Shown in pieces: positions 39,801 to 54,800 of a DNA stretch of 64,000 nt. The position numbers were made by a program, and so were the translations under genes. Source of the stretch: Eledone cirrhosa. Its lineage: Eukaryota. The stretch's first letter is position 1, and the number at the start of each line of letters is the position of its first letter. The notes under the pieces are model-generated. The model searched no databases and was not told the origin of the DNA. It saw only the letters and a program-made list of their open reading frames with translations. Location: positions 206,894,001 to 206,958,000 of the forward strand of contig OZ024743.1 in the NCBI GenBank assembly GCA_964016885.1. Direction: 5' to 3'.

Positions 39801-42800
39801 CCAGCATACTGATCCTTGGTACCATATATACACTGAAGGGAGCTCATCCCACTGGTCAGCTCTGACAGTGATCCTTGGTACCATATATACACTGCAGGGA
39901 GCTCATCCCACTGGTCAGCTCTGACAGTGATCCTTGGTACCATATATACACTGCAGGGAGCTCATCCCACTCGTCAGCTCTGATACTGATCCTTGGTACC
40001 ATCTATACACTGAAGGGAGCTCATCCCACTGGTCAGCTCTGATACTGATCCTTGGTAGCATATATACACTGCAGGGAGCTCATCCCACTTGTCAGATCTG
40101 ATACTGATGCTTGGCACCATATATACACTACTGGGAGCTCATCCCACTGGTCAGCTCTGATACTGATCCTTGGTACCAGATAAACACTGAAAGGAGCTCA
40201 TCCCACTGGTCAGCTCCAGCATACTGATCCTTGGTACCATATATACACTGCTGGGAGCTCATCCCACTGGTCAGCTCTGATACTGATCCTTGGTACCATA
40301 TATACACTGAAGGGAGCTCATCTCACTGGTCAGCTCTGATACTGATCCTTGGTACCATATATACACTGCTGGGAGCTCATCCCACTGGTCAGATCTGATA
40401 CTGATCCTGGGCACCATATATACACTGAAAGGAGCCCATCCCACTGGTCAGCTCCAGCATACTGATCCTTGGTACCAGATAAACACTGAATGGAGCTCAT
40501 TCCACTGGTCAGCTTCAGCATACTGATCCTTGGTACCATATATACACTGCAGGGAGCTCATCCCACTGGTCAGCTCTGATACTGATCCTTGGTACCATAT
40601 ATACACTGAAGGGAGCTCATCCCACTGGTCAGTTCTGATAGTGATCCTTGGTGCCATATATACACTGAAGGGAGCTCATCCCACTGGTCAGCTCTGACAG
40701 TGATCCTTGGTACCATATATACACTGCAGGGAGCTCATCCCACTGGTCAGCTCCAGCATACTGATCCTTGGTACCATATATACACTGCTGGGAGTTCATC
40801 CCACTGGTGAGCTCTGATACTGATCCTTGGTACCATATATACACTGCAAGGATCTCATCCCACTAGTCAGCTCCAGCATACTGATCCTTGGTACCATATA
40901 TTCACTGCAGGGAGCTCATCCAGATGGTCAGCTCTGATACTGATTCTTGATACCATATATACACTGCTGGGAGCTCATCCCACTGGTCAGCTCCATCATA
41001 CTGATCATTGGCACCATATATACACTGCTGGGAGCTCATCCCACTGGTCAGCTCCAGCATACTGATACTTGGTACCATATATACACTGCAGGGAGCTCAT
41101 CCCACTGGTCAGATCTGATACTGATCCTTTGTACCATATATACCTGCTGGGAGCTCATCCCACTGGTCAGCTCCAGCATACTGATCCTTGGTACCATATA
41201 TACACTGCAGGGAACTCATCCCACAGGTCAGCTCTGATATTGATCCTTGGTACTATATATTCGCTGCAGGGAGCTCATCCCACTGGTCAGCTCTTATACT
41301 GATCCTTGGTACCATCTATACACTGAAGGGAGCTCATCCCACTGGTCAGCTCTTATACTGATCCTTGGTACCAGATAAACACCGAAAGGAGCTCATCCCA
41401 CTGGTCAGCTCCAGCATACTGATCCTTGGTACGATATATACACATCTGGGAGCTCATCCGACTGGTCAGCTCTGATACTGATCCTTAGTACCATATATAC
41501 ACTGAAGGGAGCTCATCTCACTGGTCAGCTCTGATACTGATCCTTGGTACCATATATACACTGCAGGGAGCTCATCCCACTGGTCAGATCTGATACTGAT
41601 CCTTGGCACCATATATACACTGAAAGGAGCCCATCCCACTGGTCAGCTCTGATACTGATCGTTCGTACCAGATAAACACTGAAAGGAGCTCATCCAAATG
41701 GTCAGCTTCAGCATACTGATCCTTGGTACCATATATACACTGCTGGAAGCTCATCCCACTGGTCAGCTCTGACACTGATCCTTGGTACCATATATACACT
41801 GAAGGGAGCTCATCCCACTGGTCAGCTCTGACACTGATCCTTGGTACCATATATACACTTAAGGGAGCTCATCCCACTGGTCAGCTCTGATACTGATCCT
41901 TGGTACCATATATACACTGCAGGGAGCTCATCCCACTGGTCAGCTCTGATACTGATCCTTTGCACCATATATACACTGCAGGGAGCTCATCCCACTGGTC
42001 AGCTCTGATACTGATCCTTGGTACCATATATACACTGCTGGGAGCTCATCCACTGGTCAGCTCTGACACTGATCCTTGGCACCATATATACACTGCTGGG
42101 AGCTCATCCCACTGGTCAGCTCTGATACTGATCCTTGGCACCATATATACACTGAAGGGAGCTCATCCCACTGGTCAGCTCTGACACTGATGCTTGGTAC
42201 CATCTATACACTGAAGGGAGCTCATCCCACTGGTCAGCTCTGATACTGATCCTTGGTACCATATATACACTTCTGGGAGCTCAACCCACTGGTCAGATCT
42301 GATACTGAGCCTTGGTACCATATATACACTGCAGGGAGCTCATCCCACTGGTCAGCTCTGACAGTGATCCTTGGCACCATATATACACTGAAAGGAGCCC
42401 ATCCCACTGGTCAGCTCTGATACTGATCCTTGGTACCAGATAAACACTGAAAGGAGCTCATCCCACTGATCAGCTCCAGCATACTGATCCTTGGTACCAT
42501 ATATACACTGCTGGGAGCTCATCCGACTGGTCAGCTCTGATACTGATCCTTGGTACCATATATACACTGAAGGGAGCTCATCCCACTGGTCAGCTCTGAC
42601 AGTGATCCTTGGTACCATATATACACTGCAGGGAGCTCATCCCACTGGTCAGCTCTGACAGTGATCCTTGGTACCATATATACACTGCAGGGAGCTCATC
42701 CCACTCGTCAGCTCTGATACTGATCCTTGGTACCATCTATACACTGAAGGGAGCTCATCCCACTGGTCAGCTCTGATACTGATCCTTGGTAGCATATATA

Positions 42801-45800
42801 CACTGCAGGGAGCTCATCCCACTGGTCAGATCTGATACTGATCCTTGGTACCAGATAAACACTGAAAGGAGCTCATACCACTGGTCAGCTCCAGCATACT
42901 GATCCTTGGTACCATATATACACTGCTGGGAGCTCATCCCACTGGTCAGCTCTGATACTGATCCTTGGTACCAGATAAACACTGAAAGGAGCTCATCCCA
43001 CTGGTCAGCTCCAGCATACTGATCCTTGGTACCATATATACACTGCTGGGAGCTCATCCCACTGGTCAGCTCTGATACTGATCCTTGGTACCAGATAAAC
43101 ACTGAAAGGAGCTCATCCCACTGGTCAGCTCCAGCATACTGATCCTTGGTACCATATATACACTGCTGGGAGCTCATCCCACTGGTCAGCTCTGATACTG
43201 ATCCTTGGTACCAGATAAACACTGAAAGGAGCTCATCCCACTGGTCAGCTCCAGCATACTGATCCTTGGTACCATATATACACTGCTGGGAGCTCATCCC
43301 ACTGGTCAGCTCTGATACTGATCCTTGGTACCAGATAAACACTGAAAGGAGCTCATCCCACTGGTCAGCTCCAGCATACTGATCCTTGGTACCATATATA
43401 CACTGCTGGGAGCTCATCCCACTGGTCAGCTCTGATACTGATCCTTGGTACCATATATACACTGCTGGGAGCTCATCCCACTGGTCAGCTCTGATACTGA
43501 TCCTTGGTACCATATATACACTGAAGGGAGCTCATCCCACTGGTCAGTTCTGATACTGATCCTTGGTGCCATATATACACTGAAGGGAGCTCATCCCACT
43601 GGTCAGCTCTGACAGTGATCCTTGGTACCATATATACACTGCAGGGAGCTCATCCCACTGGTCAGCTCCAGCATACTGATCTTGGTACCATATATACACT
43701 GCTGGGAGTTCATCCCACTGGTGAGCTCTGATACTGATCCTTGGTACCATATATACACTGCAAGGATCTCATCCCACTGGTCAGCTCCAGCATACTGATC
43801 CTTGGTACCATATATTCACTGCAGGGAGCTCATCCAGATGGTCAGCTCTGATACTGATTCTTGATACCATATATACACTGCTGGGAGCTCATCCCACTGG
43901 TCAGCTCCATCATACTGATCATTGGCACCATATATACACTGCTGGGAGCTCATCCCACTGGTCAGCTCCAGCATACTGATCCTTGGCACCATATATACAC
44001 TGCTGGGATCTCATCCCACTGGTCAGCTCCAGCATACTGATACTTGGTACCATATATACACTGCAGGGAGCTCATCCCACTGGTCAGCTCTGATACTGAT
44101 CCTTTGTACCATATATACCTGCTGGGAGCTCATCCCACTGGTCAGCTCCAGCATACTGATCCTTGGTACCATATATACACTGCAGGGAGCTCATCCCACA
44201 GGTCAGCTCTGATATTGATCCTTGGTACTATATATTCGCTGCAGGGAGCTCATCCCACTGGTCAGCTCTGATACTGATCCTTGGTACCATATATACACTG
44301 CTGGGAGCTCATCCACTGGTCAGCTCTGATACTGGTACCATATATACACTGAAAGGAGCCCATCCCACTGGTCAGCTCTGATACTGATCCTTGGTACCAG
44401 ATAAACACTGAAAGGAGCTCATCCCAATTGTCAGCTTCAGCATACTGATCCTTGGTACCATATATACACTGCTGGAAGCTCATCCCACTGGTCAGCTCTG
44501 ATACTGATCCTTGGTACCATATATACACTGCTGGGAGCTCATCCACTGGTCAGCTCTGATACTGATCCTTGGCACCATATATACACTGCTGGGAGCTCAT
44601 CCCACTGGTCAGCTCTGATACTGATGCTTGGCACCATATATACACTGAAGGGAGCTCATCCCACTGGTCAGCTCTGACACTGATCCTTGGTACCATCTAT
44701 ACACTGAAGGGAGCTCATCCCACTGGTCAGCTCTGATACTGATCCTTGGTACCATATATACACTGCTGGGAGCTCAACCCATTGGTCAGCTCTGATACTG
44801 AGCCTTGGTACCATATATACACTGCAGGGAGCTCATCCCACTGGTCAGCTCTGACAGTGATCCTTGGCACCATATATACACTGAAAGGAGCCCATCCCAC
44901 TGGTCAGCTCTGATACTGATCCTTGGTACCAGATAAACACTGAAAGGAGCTCATCCCAATGGTCAGCTCCAGCATACTGATCCTTGGTACCATATATACA
45001 CTGAAGGGAGCTCATCCCCCTGGTCAGCTCTGACAGTGATCCTTGGTACCATCTATACACTGAAGGGAGCTCATCCCACTTGTCAGCTCTGATACTGATC
45101 CTTAGTACCATATATACACTGCTGGGAGCTCAACCCACTGGTCAGCTCTGATACTGAGCCTTGGTACCATATATACACTGCAGGGAGCTCATCCCACTGG
45201 TCAGCTCTGACAGTGATCCTTGGTACCATATATACACTGCAGGGAGCTCATCCCACTGGTCAGCTCTGACACTGATGCTTGGCACCATATATACACTACT
45301 GGGAGCTCATCCCACTGGTCAGCTCTGATACTGATCCTTGGTACCAGATAAACATTGAAAGGAGCTCATCCCACTGGTCAGCTCCAGCATACTGATCCTT
45401 GGTACCATATATACACTGCTGGGAGCTCATCCCACTGGTCAGCTCTGATACTGATCCTTGGTACCATATATACACTGAAGGGAGCTCATCTCACTGGTCA
45501 GCTCTGATACTGATCCTTGGTACCATATATACACTGCAGGGAGCTCATCCCACTGGTCAGATCTTATACTGATCCTTGGCACCATATATACACTGAAAGG
45601 AGCCCATCCCACTGGTCAGCTCTGATACTGATCCTTGGTACCAGATAAACACTGAAAGGAGCTCATCCCACTGGTCAGCTTCAGCATACTGATCCTTGGT
45701 ACCATATATACACTGCTGGAAGCTCATCCCACTGGTCAGCTCTGATACTGATCCTTGGTACCATATATACACTGAAGGGAGCTCATCCCACTGGTCAGCT

Positions 45801-48800
45801 CTGACACTGATCCTTGGTACCATCTATACACTTAAGGGAGCTCATCTCACTGGTCAGCTCTGATACTGATCCTTGGTACCATATATACACTACTGGGAGC
45901 TCATCCCACTGGTCAGCTCTGATACTGATCCTTGGTACCATATATACACTGAAGGGAGCTCATCCCACTGGTCAGCTCTGATACTGATCCTTGGTACCAT
46001 ATATACACTGCAGGGAGCTCATCCCACTGGGCAGCTCTGATACTGATCCTTGGCACCATATATACACTGAAGGGAGCTCATCCCACTGGTCAGCTCTGAT
46101 ACTGATCCTTGGCACCATATATACACTGAAGGGAGCTCATCCCACTGGTCAGCTCTGATACTGATCCTTGGCACTATATATACACTGCAGGGAGCTCATC
46201 ACACTGGTCAGCTCCAGCATACTGATCCTTGGTACCATATATACACTGCAGGGAGCTCATCCCACTGGTCAGCTCTGATACTGATCCTTGGTACTATATA
46301 TTCGCTGCAGGGAGCTCATCCCACTGGTCAGCTCTGATACTGATCCTTGGTACCATCTATACACTGAAGGGAGCTCATCCCACTGGTCAGCTCTGATACT
46401 GATGCTTGGCACCATATATACACTACTGGGAGCTCATCCCACTGGTCAGCTCTGATACTGATCCTTGGTACCAGATAAACACTGAAAGGAGCTCATCCCA
46501 CTGGTCAGCTCCAGCATACTGATCCTTGGTACCATATATACACTGCTGGGAGCTCATCCGTCTGGTCAGCTCTGATACTCATCCTTGGTACCATATATAC
46601 ACTGAAGGGAGCTCATCTCACTGGTCAGCTCTGATACTGATCCTTGGTACCATATATACACTGAAAGGAGCTCATCCCACTGGTCAGCTCCAGCATACTG
46701 ATCCTTGGTACCATATATACACTGCTGGGAGCTCATCCCACTGGTCAGCTCTGATACTGATCCTTGGTACCATATATACACTGAAGGGAGCTCATCTCAC
46801 TGGTCAGCTCTGATACTGATCCTTGGTACCATATATACACTGCTGGGAGCTCATCCCACTGGTCAGCTCTGATACTGATCCTTGGTACCATATATACACT
46901 GAAGGGAGCTCATCTCACTGGTCAGCTCTGATACTGATCCTTGGTACCATATATACACTGCTGGGATCTCATCCCACTGGTCAGCTCCAGCATACTGATA
47001 CTTGGTACCATATATACACTGCAGGGAGCTCATCCCACTGGTCAGCTCTGATACTGATCCTTTGTACCATATATACCTGCTGGGAGCTCATCCCACTGGT
47101 CAGCTCCAGCATACTGATCCTTGGTACCATATATACACTGCAGGGAGCTCATCCCACAGGTCAGCTCTGATATTGATCCTTGGTACTATATATTCGCTGC
47201 AGGGAGCTCATCCCACTGGTCAGCTCTGATACTGATCCTTGGTACCATATATACACTGCTGGGAGCTCATCCACTGGTCAGCTCTGATACTGGTACCATA
47301 TATACACTGAAAGGAGCCCATCCCACTGGTCAGCTCTGATACTGATCCTTGGTACCAGATAAACACTGAAAGGAGCTCATCCCAATTGTCAGCTTCAGCA
47401 TACTGATCCTTGGTACCATATATACACTGCTGGAAGCTCATCCCACTGGTCAGCTCTGATACTGATCCTTGGTACCATATATACACTGCTGGGAGCTCAT
47501 CCACTGGTCAGCTCTGATACTGATCCTTGGCACCATATATACACTGCTGGGAGCTCATCCCACTGGTCAGCTCTGATACTGATGCTTGGCACCATATATA
47601 CACTGAAGGGAGCTCATCCCACTGGTCAGCTCTGACACTGATCCTTGGTACCATCTATACACTGAAGGGAGCTCATCCCACTGGTCAGCTCTGATACTGA
47701 TCCTTGGTACCATATATACACTGCTGGGAGCTCAACCCATTGGTCAGCTCTGATACTGAGCCTTGGTACCATATATACACTGCAGGGAGCTCATCCCACT
47801 GGTCAGCTCTGACAGTGATCCTTGGCACCATATATACACTGAAAGGAGCCCATCCCACTGGTCAGCTCTGATACTGATCCTTGGTACCAGATAAACACTG
47901 AAAGGAGCTCATCCCAATGGTCAGCTCCAGCATACTGATCCTTGGTACCATATATACACTGAAGGGAGCTCATCCCCCTGGTCAGCTCTGACAGTGATCC
48001 TTGGTACCATCTATACACTGAAGGGAGCTCATCCCACTTGTCAGCTCTGATACTGATCCTTAGTACCATATATACACTGCTGGGAGCTCAACCCACTGGT
48101 CAGCTCTGATACTGAGCCTTGGTACCATATATACACTGCAGGGAGCTCATCCCACTGGTCAGCTCTGACAGTGATCCTTGGTACCATATATACACTGCAG
48201 GGAGCTCATCCCACTGGTCAGCTCTGACACTGATGCTTGGCACCATATATACACTACTGGGAGCTCATCCCACTGGTCAGCTCTGATACTGATCCTTGGT
48301 ACCAGATAAACATTGAAAGGAGCTCATCCCACTGGTCAGCTCCAGCATACTGATCCTTGGTACCATATATACACTGCTGGGAGCTCATCCCACTGGTCAG
48401 CTCTGATACTGATCCTTGGTACCATATATACACTGAAGGGAGCTCATCTCACTGGTCAGCTCTGATACTGATCCTTGGTACCATATATACACTGCAGGGA
48501 GCTCATCCCACTGGTCAGATCTTATACTGATCCTTGGCACCATATATACACTGAAAGGAGCCCATCCCACTGGTCAGCTCTGATACTGATCCTTGGTACC
48601 AGATAAACACTGAAAGGAGCTCATCCCACTGGTCAGCTTCAGCATACTGATCCTTGGTACCATATATACACTGCTGGAAGCTCATCCCACTGGTCAGCTC
48701 TGATACTGATCCTTGGTACCATATATACACTGAAGGGAGCTCATCCCACTGGTCAGCTCTGACACTGATCCTTGGTACCATCTATACACTTAAGGGAGCT

Positions 48801-51800
48801 CATCTCACTGGTCAGCTCTGATACTGATCCTTGGTACCATATATACACTACTGGGAGCTCATCCCACTGGTCAGCTCTGATACTGATCCTTGGTACCATA
48901 TATACACTGAAGGGAGCTCATCCCACTGGTCAGCTCTGATACTGATCCTTGGTACCATATATACACTGCAGGGAGCTCATCCCACTGGGCAGCTCTGATA
49001 CTGATCCTTGGCACCATATATACACTGAAGGGAGCTCATCCCACTGGTCAGCTCTGATACTGATCCTTGGCACCATATATACACTGAAGGGAGCTCATCC
49101 CACTGGTCAGCTCTGATACTGATCCTTGGCACTATATATACACTGCAGGGAGCTCATCACACTGGTCAGCTCCAGCATACTGATCCTTGGTACCATATAT
49201 ACACTGCAGGGAGCTCATCCCACTGGTCAGCTCTGATACTGATCCTTGGTACTATATATTCGCTGCAGGGAGCTCATCCCACTGGTCAGCTCTGATACTG
49301 ATCCTTGGTACCATCTATACACTGAAGGGAGCTCATCCCACTGGTCAGCTCTGATACTGATGCTTGGCACCATATATACACTACTGGGAGCTCATCCCAC
49401 TGGTCAGCTCTGATACTGATCCTTGGTACCAGATAAACACTGAAAGGAGCTCATCCCACTGGTCAGCTCCAGCATACTGATCCTTGGTACCATATATACA
49501 CTGCTGGGAGCTCATCCGTCTGGTCAGCTCTGATACTCATCCTTGGTACCATATATACACTGAAGGGAGCTCATCTCACTGGTCAGCTCTGATACTGATC
49601 CTTGGTACCATATATACACTGAAAGGAGCTCATCCCACTGGTCAGCTCCAGCATACTGATCCTTGGTACCATATATACACTGCTGGGAGCTCATCCCACT
49701 GGTCAGCTCTGATACTGATCCTTGGTACCATATATACACTGAAGGGAGCTCATCTCACTGGTCAGCTCTGATACTGATCCTTGGTACCATATATACACTG
49801 CTGGGAGCTCATCCCACTGGTCAGCTCTGATACTGATCCTTGGTACCATATATACACTGAAGGGAGCTCATCCCACTGGTCAGTTCTGATACTGATCCTT
49901 GGTGCCATATATACACTGAAGGGAGCTCATCCCACTGGTCAGCTCTGACAGTGATCCTTGGTACCATATATACACTGCAGGGAGCTCATCCCACTGGTCA
50001 GCTCCAGCATACTGATCCTTGGTACCATATATACACTGCTGGGAGTTCATCCCACTGGTGAGCTCTGATACTGATCCTTGGTACCATATATACACTGCAA
50101 GGATCTCATCCCACTGGTCAGCTCCAGCATACTGATCCTTGGTACCATATATTCACTGCAGGGAGCTCATCCAGATGGTCAGCTCTGATACTGATTCTTG
50201 ATACCATATATACAGTGCTGGGAGCTCATCCCACTGGTCAGCTCCATCATACTGATCATTGGCACCATATATACACTGCTGGGAGCTCATCCCACTGGTC
50301 AGCTCCAGCATACTGATCCTTGGCACCATATATACACTGCTGGGATCTCATCCCACTGGTCAGCTCCAGCATACTGATACTTGGTACCATATATACACTG
50401 CAGGGAGCTCATCCCACTGGTCAGCTCTGATACTGATCCTTTGTACCATATATACCTGCTGGGAGCTCATCCCACTGGTCAGCTCCAGCATACTGATCCT
50501 TGGTACCATATATACACTGCAGGGAGCTCATCCCACAGGTCAGCTCTGATATTGATCCTTGGTACTATATATTCGCTGCAGGGAGCTCATCCCACTGGTC
50601 AGCTCTGATACTGATCCTTGGTACCATATATACACTGCTGGGAGCTCATCCACTGGTCAGCTCTGATACTGGTACCATATATACACTGAAAGGAGCCCAT
50701 CCCACTGGTCAGCTCTGATACTGATCCTTGGTACCAGATAGACACTGAAAGGAGCTCATCCCAATTGTCAGCTTCAGCATACTGATCCTTGGTACCATAT
50801 ATACACTGCTGGAAGCTCATCCCACTGGTCAGCTCTGACACTGATCCTTGGTACCATATATACACTTAAGGGAGCTCATCCCACTGGTCAGCTCTGATAC
50901 TGATCCTTGGTACCATATATACACTGCAGGGAGCTCATCCCACTGGTCAGCTCTGATACTGATCCTTTGCACCATATATACACTGCAGGGAGCTCATCCC
51001 ACTGGTCAGCTCTGATACTGATCCTTGGTACCATATATACACTGCTGGGAGCTCATCCACTGGTCAGCTCTGATACTGATCCTTGGCACCATATATACAC
51101 TGCTGGAAGCTCATCCCACTGGTCAGCTCTGATACTGATCCTTGGCACCATATATACACTGAAGGGAGCTCATCCCACTGGTCAGCTCTGACACTGATCC
51201 TTGGTACCATCTATACACTGAAGGGAGCTCATCCCACTGGTCAGCTCTGATACTGATCCTTGGTACCATATATACACTGCTGGGAGCTCAACCCACTGGT
51301 CAGCTCTGATACTGAGCCTTGGTACCATATATACACTGCAGGGAGCTCATCCCACTGGTCAGCTCTGACAGTGATCCTTGGCACCATATATACACTGAAA
51401 GGAGCCCATCCCACTGGTCAGCTCTGATACTGATCCTTGGTACCAGATAAACACTGAAAGGAGCTCATCCCAATGGTCAGCTCCAGCATACTGATCCTTG
51501 GTACCATATATACACTGAAGGGAGCTCATCCCCCTGGTCAGCTCTGACAGTGATCCTTGGTACCATCTATACACTGAAGGGAGCTCATCCCACTTGTCAG
51601 CTCTGATACTGATCCTTAGTACCATATATACACTGCTGGGAGCTCAACCCACTGGTCAGCTCTGATACTGAGCCTTGGTACCATATATACACTGCAGGGA
51701 GCTCATCCCACTGGTCAGCTCTGACAGTGATCCTTGGTACCATATATACACTGCAGGGAGCTCATCCCACTGGTCAGCTCTGATACTGATCCTTGGTACC

Positions 51801-54800
51801 ATCTATACACTGAAGGGAGCTCATCCCACTGGTCAGCTCTGATACTGATCCTTGGTACCATATATACACTGCAGGGAGCTCATCCCACTGGTCAGCTCTG
51901 ATACTGATGCTTGGCACCATATATACACTACTGGGAGCTCATCCCACTGGTCAGCTCTGATACTGATCCTTGGTACCAGATAAACATTGAAAGGAGCTCA
52001 TCCCACTGGTCAGCTCCAGCATACTGATCCTTGGTACCATATATACACTGCTGGGAGCTCATCCCACTGGTCAGCTCTGATACTGATCCTTGGTACCATA
52101 TATACACTGAAGGGAGCTCATCTCACTGGTCAGCTCTGATACTGATCCTTGGTACCATATATACACTGCAGGGAGCTCATCCCACTGGTCAGATCTTATA
52201 CTGATCCTTGGCACCATATATACACTGAAAGGAGCCCATCCCACTGGTCAGCTCTGATACTGATCCTTGGTACCAGATAAACACTGAAAGGAGCTCATCC
52301 CACTGGTCAGCTTCAGCATACTGATCCTTGGTACCATATATACACTGCTGGAAGCTCATCCCACTGGTCAGCTCTGATACTGATCCTTGGTACCATATAT
52401 ACACTGAAGGGAGCTCATCCCACTGGTCAGCTCTGACACTGATCCTTGGTACCATCTATACACTTAAGGGAGCTAATCTCACTGGTCAGCTCTGATACTG
52501 ATCCTTGGTACCATATATACACTACTGGGAGCTCATCCCACTGGTCAGCTCTGATACTGATCCTTGGTACCATATATACACTGAAGGGAGCTCATCCCAC
52601 TGGTCAGCTCTGATACTGATCCTTGGTACCATATATACACTGCAGGGAGCTCATCCCACTGGGCAGCTCTGATACTGATCCTTGGCACCATATATACACT
52701 GAAGGGAGCTCATCCCACTGGTCAGCTCTGATACTGATCCTTGGCACCATATATACACTGAAGGGAGCTCATCCCACTGGTCAGCTCTGATACTGATCCT
52801 TGGCACTATATATACACTGCAGGGAGCTCATCACACTGGTCAGCTCCAGCATACTGATCCTTGGTACCATATATACACTGCAGGGAGCTCATCCCACTGG
52901 TCAGCTCTGATACTGATCCTTGGTACTATATATTCGCTGCAGGGAGCTCATCCCACTGGTCAGCTCTGATACTGATCCTTGGTACCATCTATACACTGAA
53001 GGGAGCTCATCCCACTGGTCAGCTCTGATACTGATCCTTGGTAACATATATACACTGCAGGGAGCTCATCCCACTGGTCAGCTCTGATACTGATGCTTGG
53101 CACCATATATACACTACTGGGAGCTCATCCCACTGGTCAGCTCTGATACTGATCCTTGGTACCAGATAAACACTGAAAGGAGCTCATCCCACTGGTCAGC
53201 TCCAGCATACTGATCCTTGGTACCATATATACACTGCAGAGAGCTCATCCCACTGGTCAGCTCTGATACTGATACTGATACTTCGCACCATTATACATTG
53301 CTGGGAGCTCATCCCACTGGTCAGCTCCAGCATACTGATCCTTGGTACCATATATACACTGCTGGGAGCTCAACCCACTGGTCAGCTCTGATACTGATCC
53401 TTGGTACCATATATACACTGCTGGGAGCTCATCCCACTGGTCAGCTCCAGCATACTGATCCTTGGTACCATATATACACTGAAGGGAGCTCATCCCACTG
53501 GTCAGCTCTGACAGTGATCCTTGGTACCATATATACACTGCAGGGAGCTCATCCCACTGGTCAGCTCTGACAGTGATCCTTGGTACCATATATACACTGC
53601 AGGGAGCTCATCCCACTCGTCAGCTCTGATACTGATCCTTGGTACCATCTATACACTGAAGGGAGCTCATCCCACTGGTCAGCTCTGATACTGATCCTTG
53701 GTAGCATATATACACTACAGGGAGCTCATCCCACTGGTCAGATCTGATACTGATGCTTGGCACCATATATACACTACTGGGAGCTCATCCCACTGGTCAG
53801 CTCTGATACTGATCCTTGGTACCAGATAAACACTGAAAGGAGCTCATCCCACTGGTCAGCTCCAGCATACTGATCCTTGGTACCAGATAAACACTGAAAG
53901 GAGCTCATTCCACTGGTCAGCTTCAGCATACTGATCCTTGGTACCATATATACACTGCAGGGAGCTCATCCCACTGGTCAGCTCTGATACTGATCCTTGG
54001 TACCATATATACACTGAAGGGAGCTCATCCCACTGGTCAGTTCTGATACTGATCCTTGGTGCCATATATACACTGAAGGGAGCTCATCCCACTGGTCAGC
54101 TCTGACAGTGATCCTTGGTACCATATATACACTGCAGGGAGCTCATCCCACTGGTCAGCTCCAGCATACTGATCCTTGGTACCATATATACACTGCTGGG
54201 AGTTCATCCCACTGGAGAGCTCTGATACTGATCCTTGGTACCATATATACACTGCAAGGATCTCATCCCACTGGTCAGCTCCAGCATACTGATCCTTGGT
54301 ACCATATATTCACTGCAGGGAGCTCATCCAGATGGTCAGCTCTGATACTGATTCTTGATACCATATATACACTGCTGGGAGCTCATCCCACTGATCAGCT
54401 CCATCATACTGATCATTGGCACCATATATACACTGCTGGGAGCTCATCCCACTGGTCAGCTCCAGCATACTGATACTTGGTACCATATATACACTGCAGG
54501 GAGCTCATCCCACTGGTCAGCTCTGATACTGATCCTTTGTACCATATATACCTGCTGGGAGCTCATCCCACTGGTCAGCTCCAGCATACTGATCCTTGGT
54601 ACCATATATACACTGCAGGGAACTCATCCCACAGGTCAGCTCTGATATTGATCCTTGGTACTATATATTCGCTGCAGGGAGCTCATCCCACTGGTCAGCT
54701 CTGATACTGATCCTTGGTACCATCTATACACTGAAGGGAGCTCATCCCACTGGTCAGCTCTTATACTGATCCTTGGTACCAGATAAACACCGAAAGGAGC

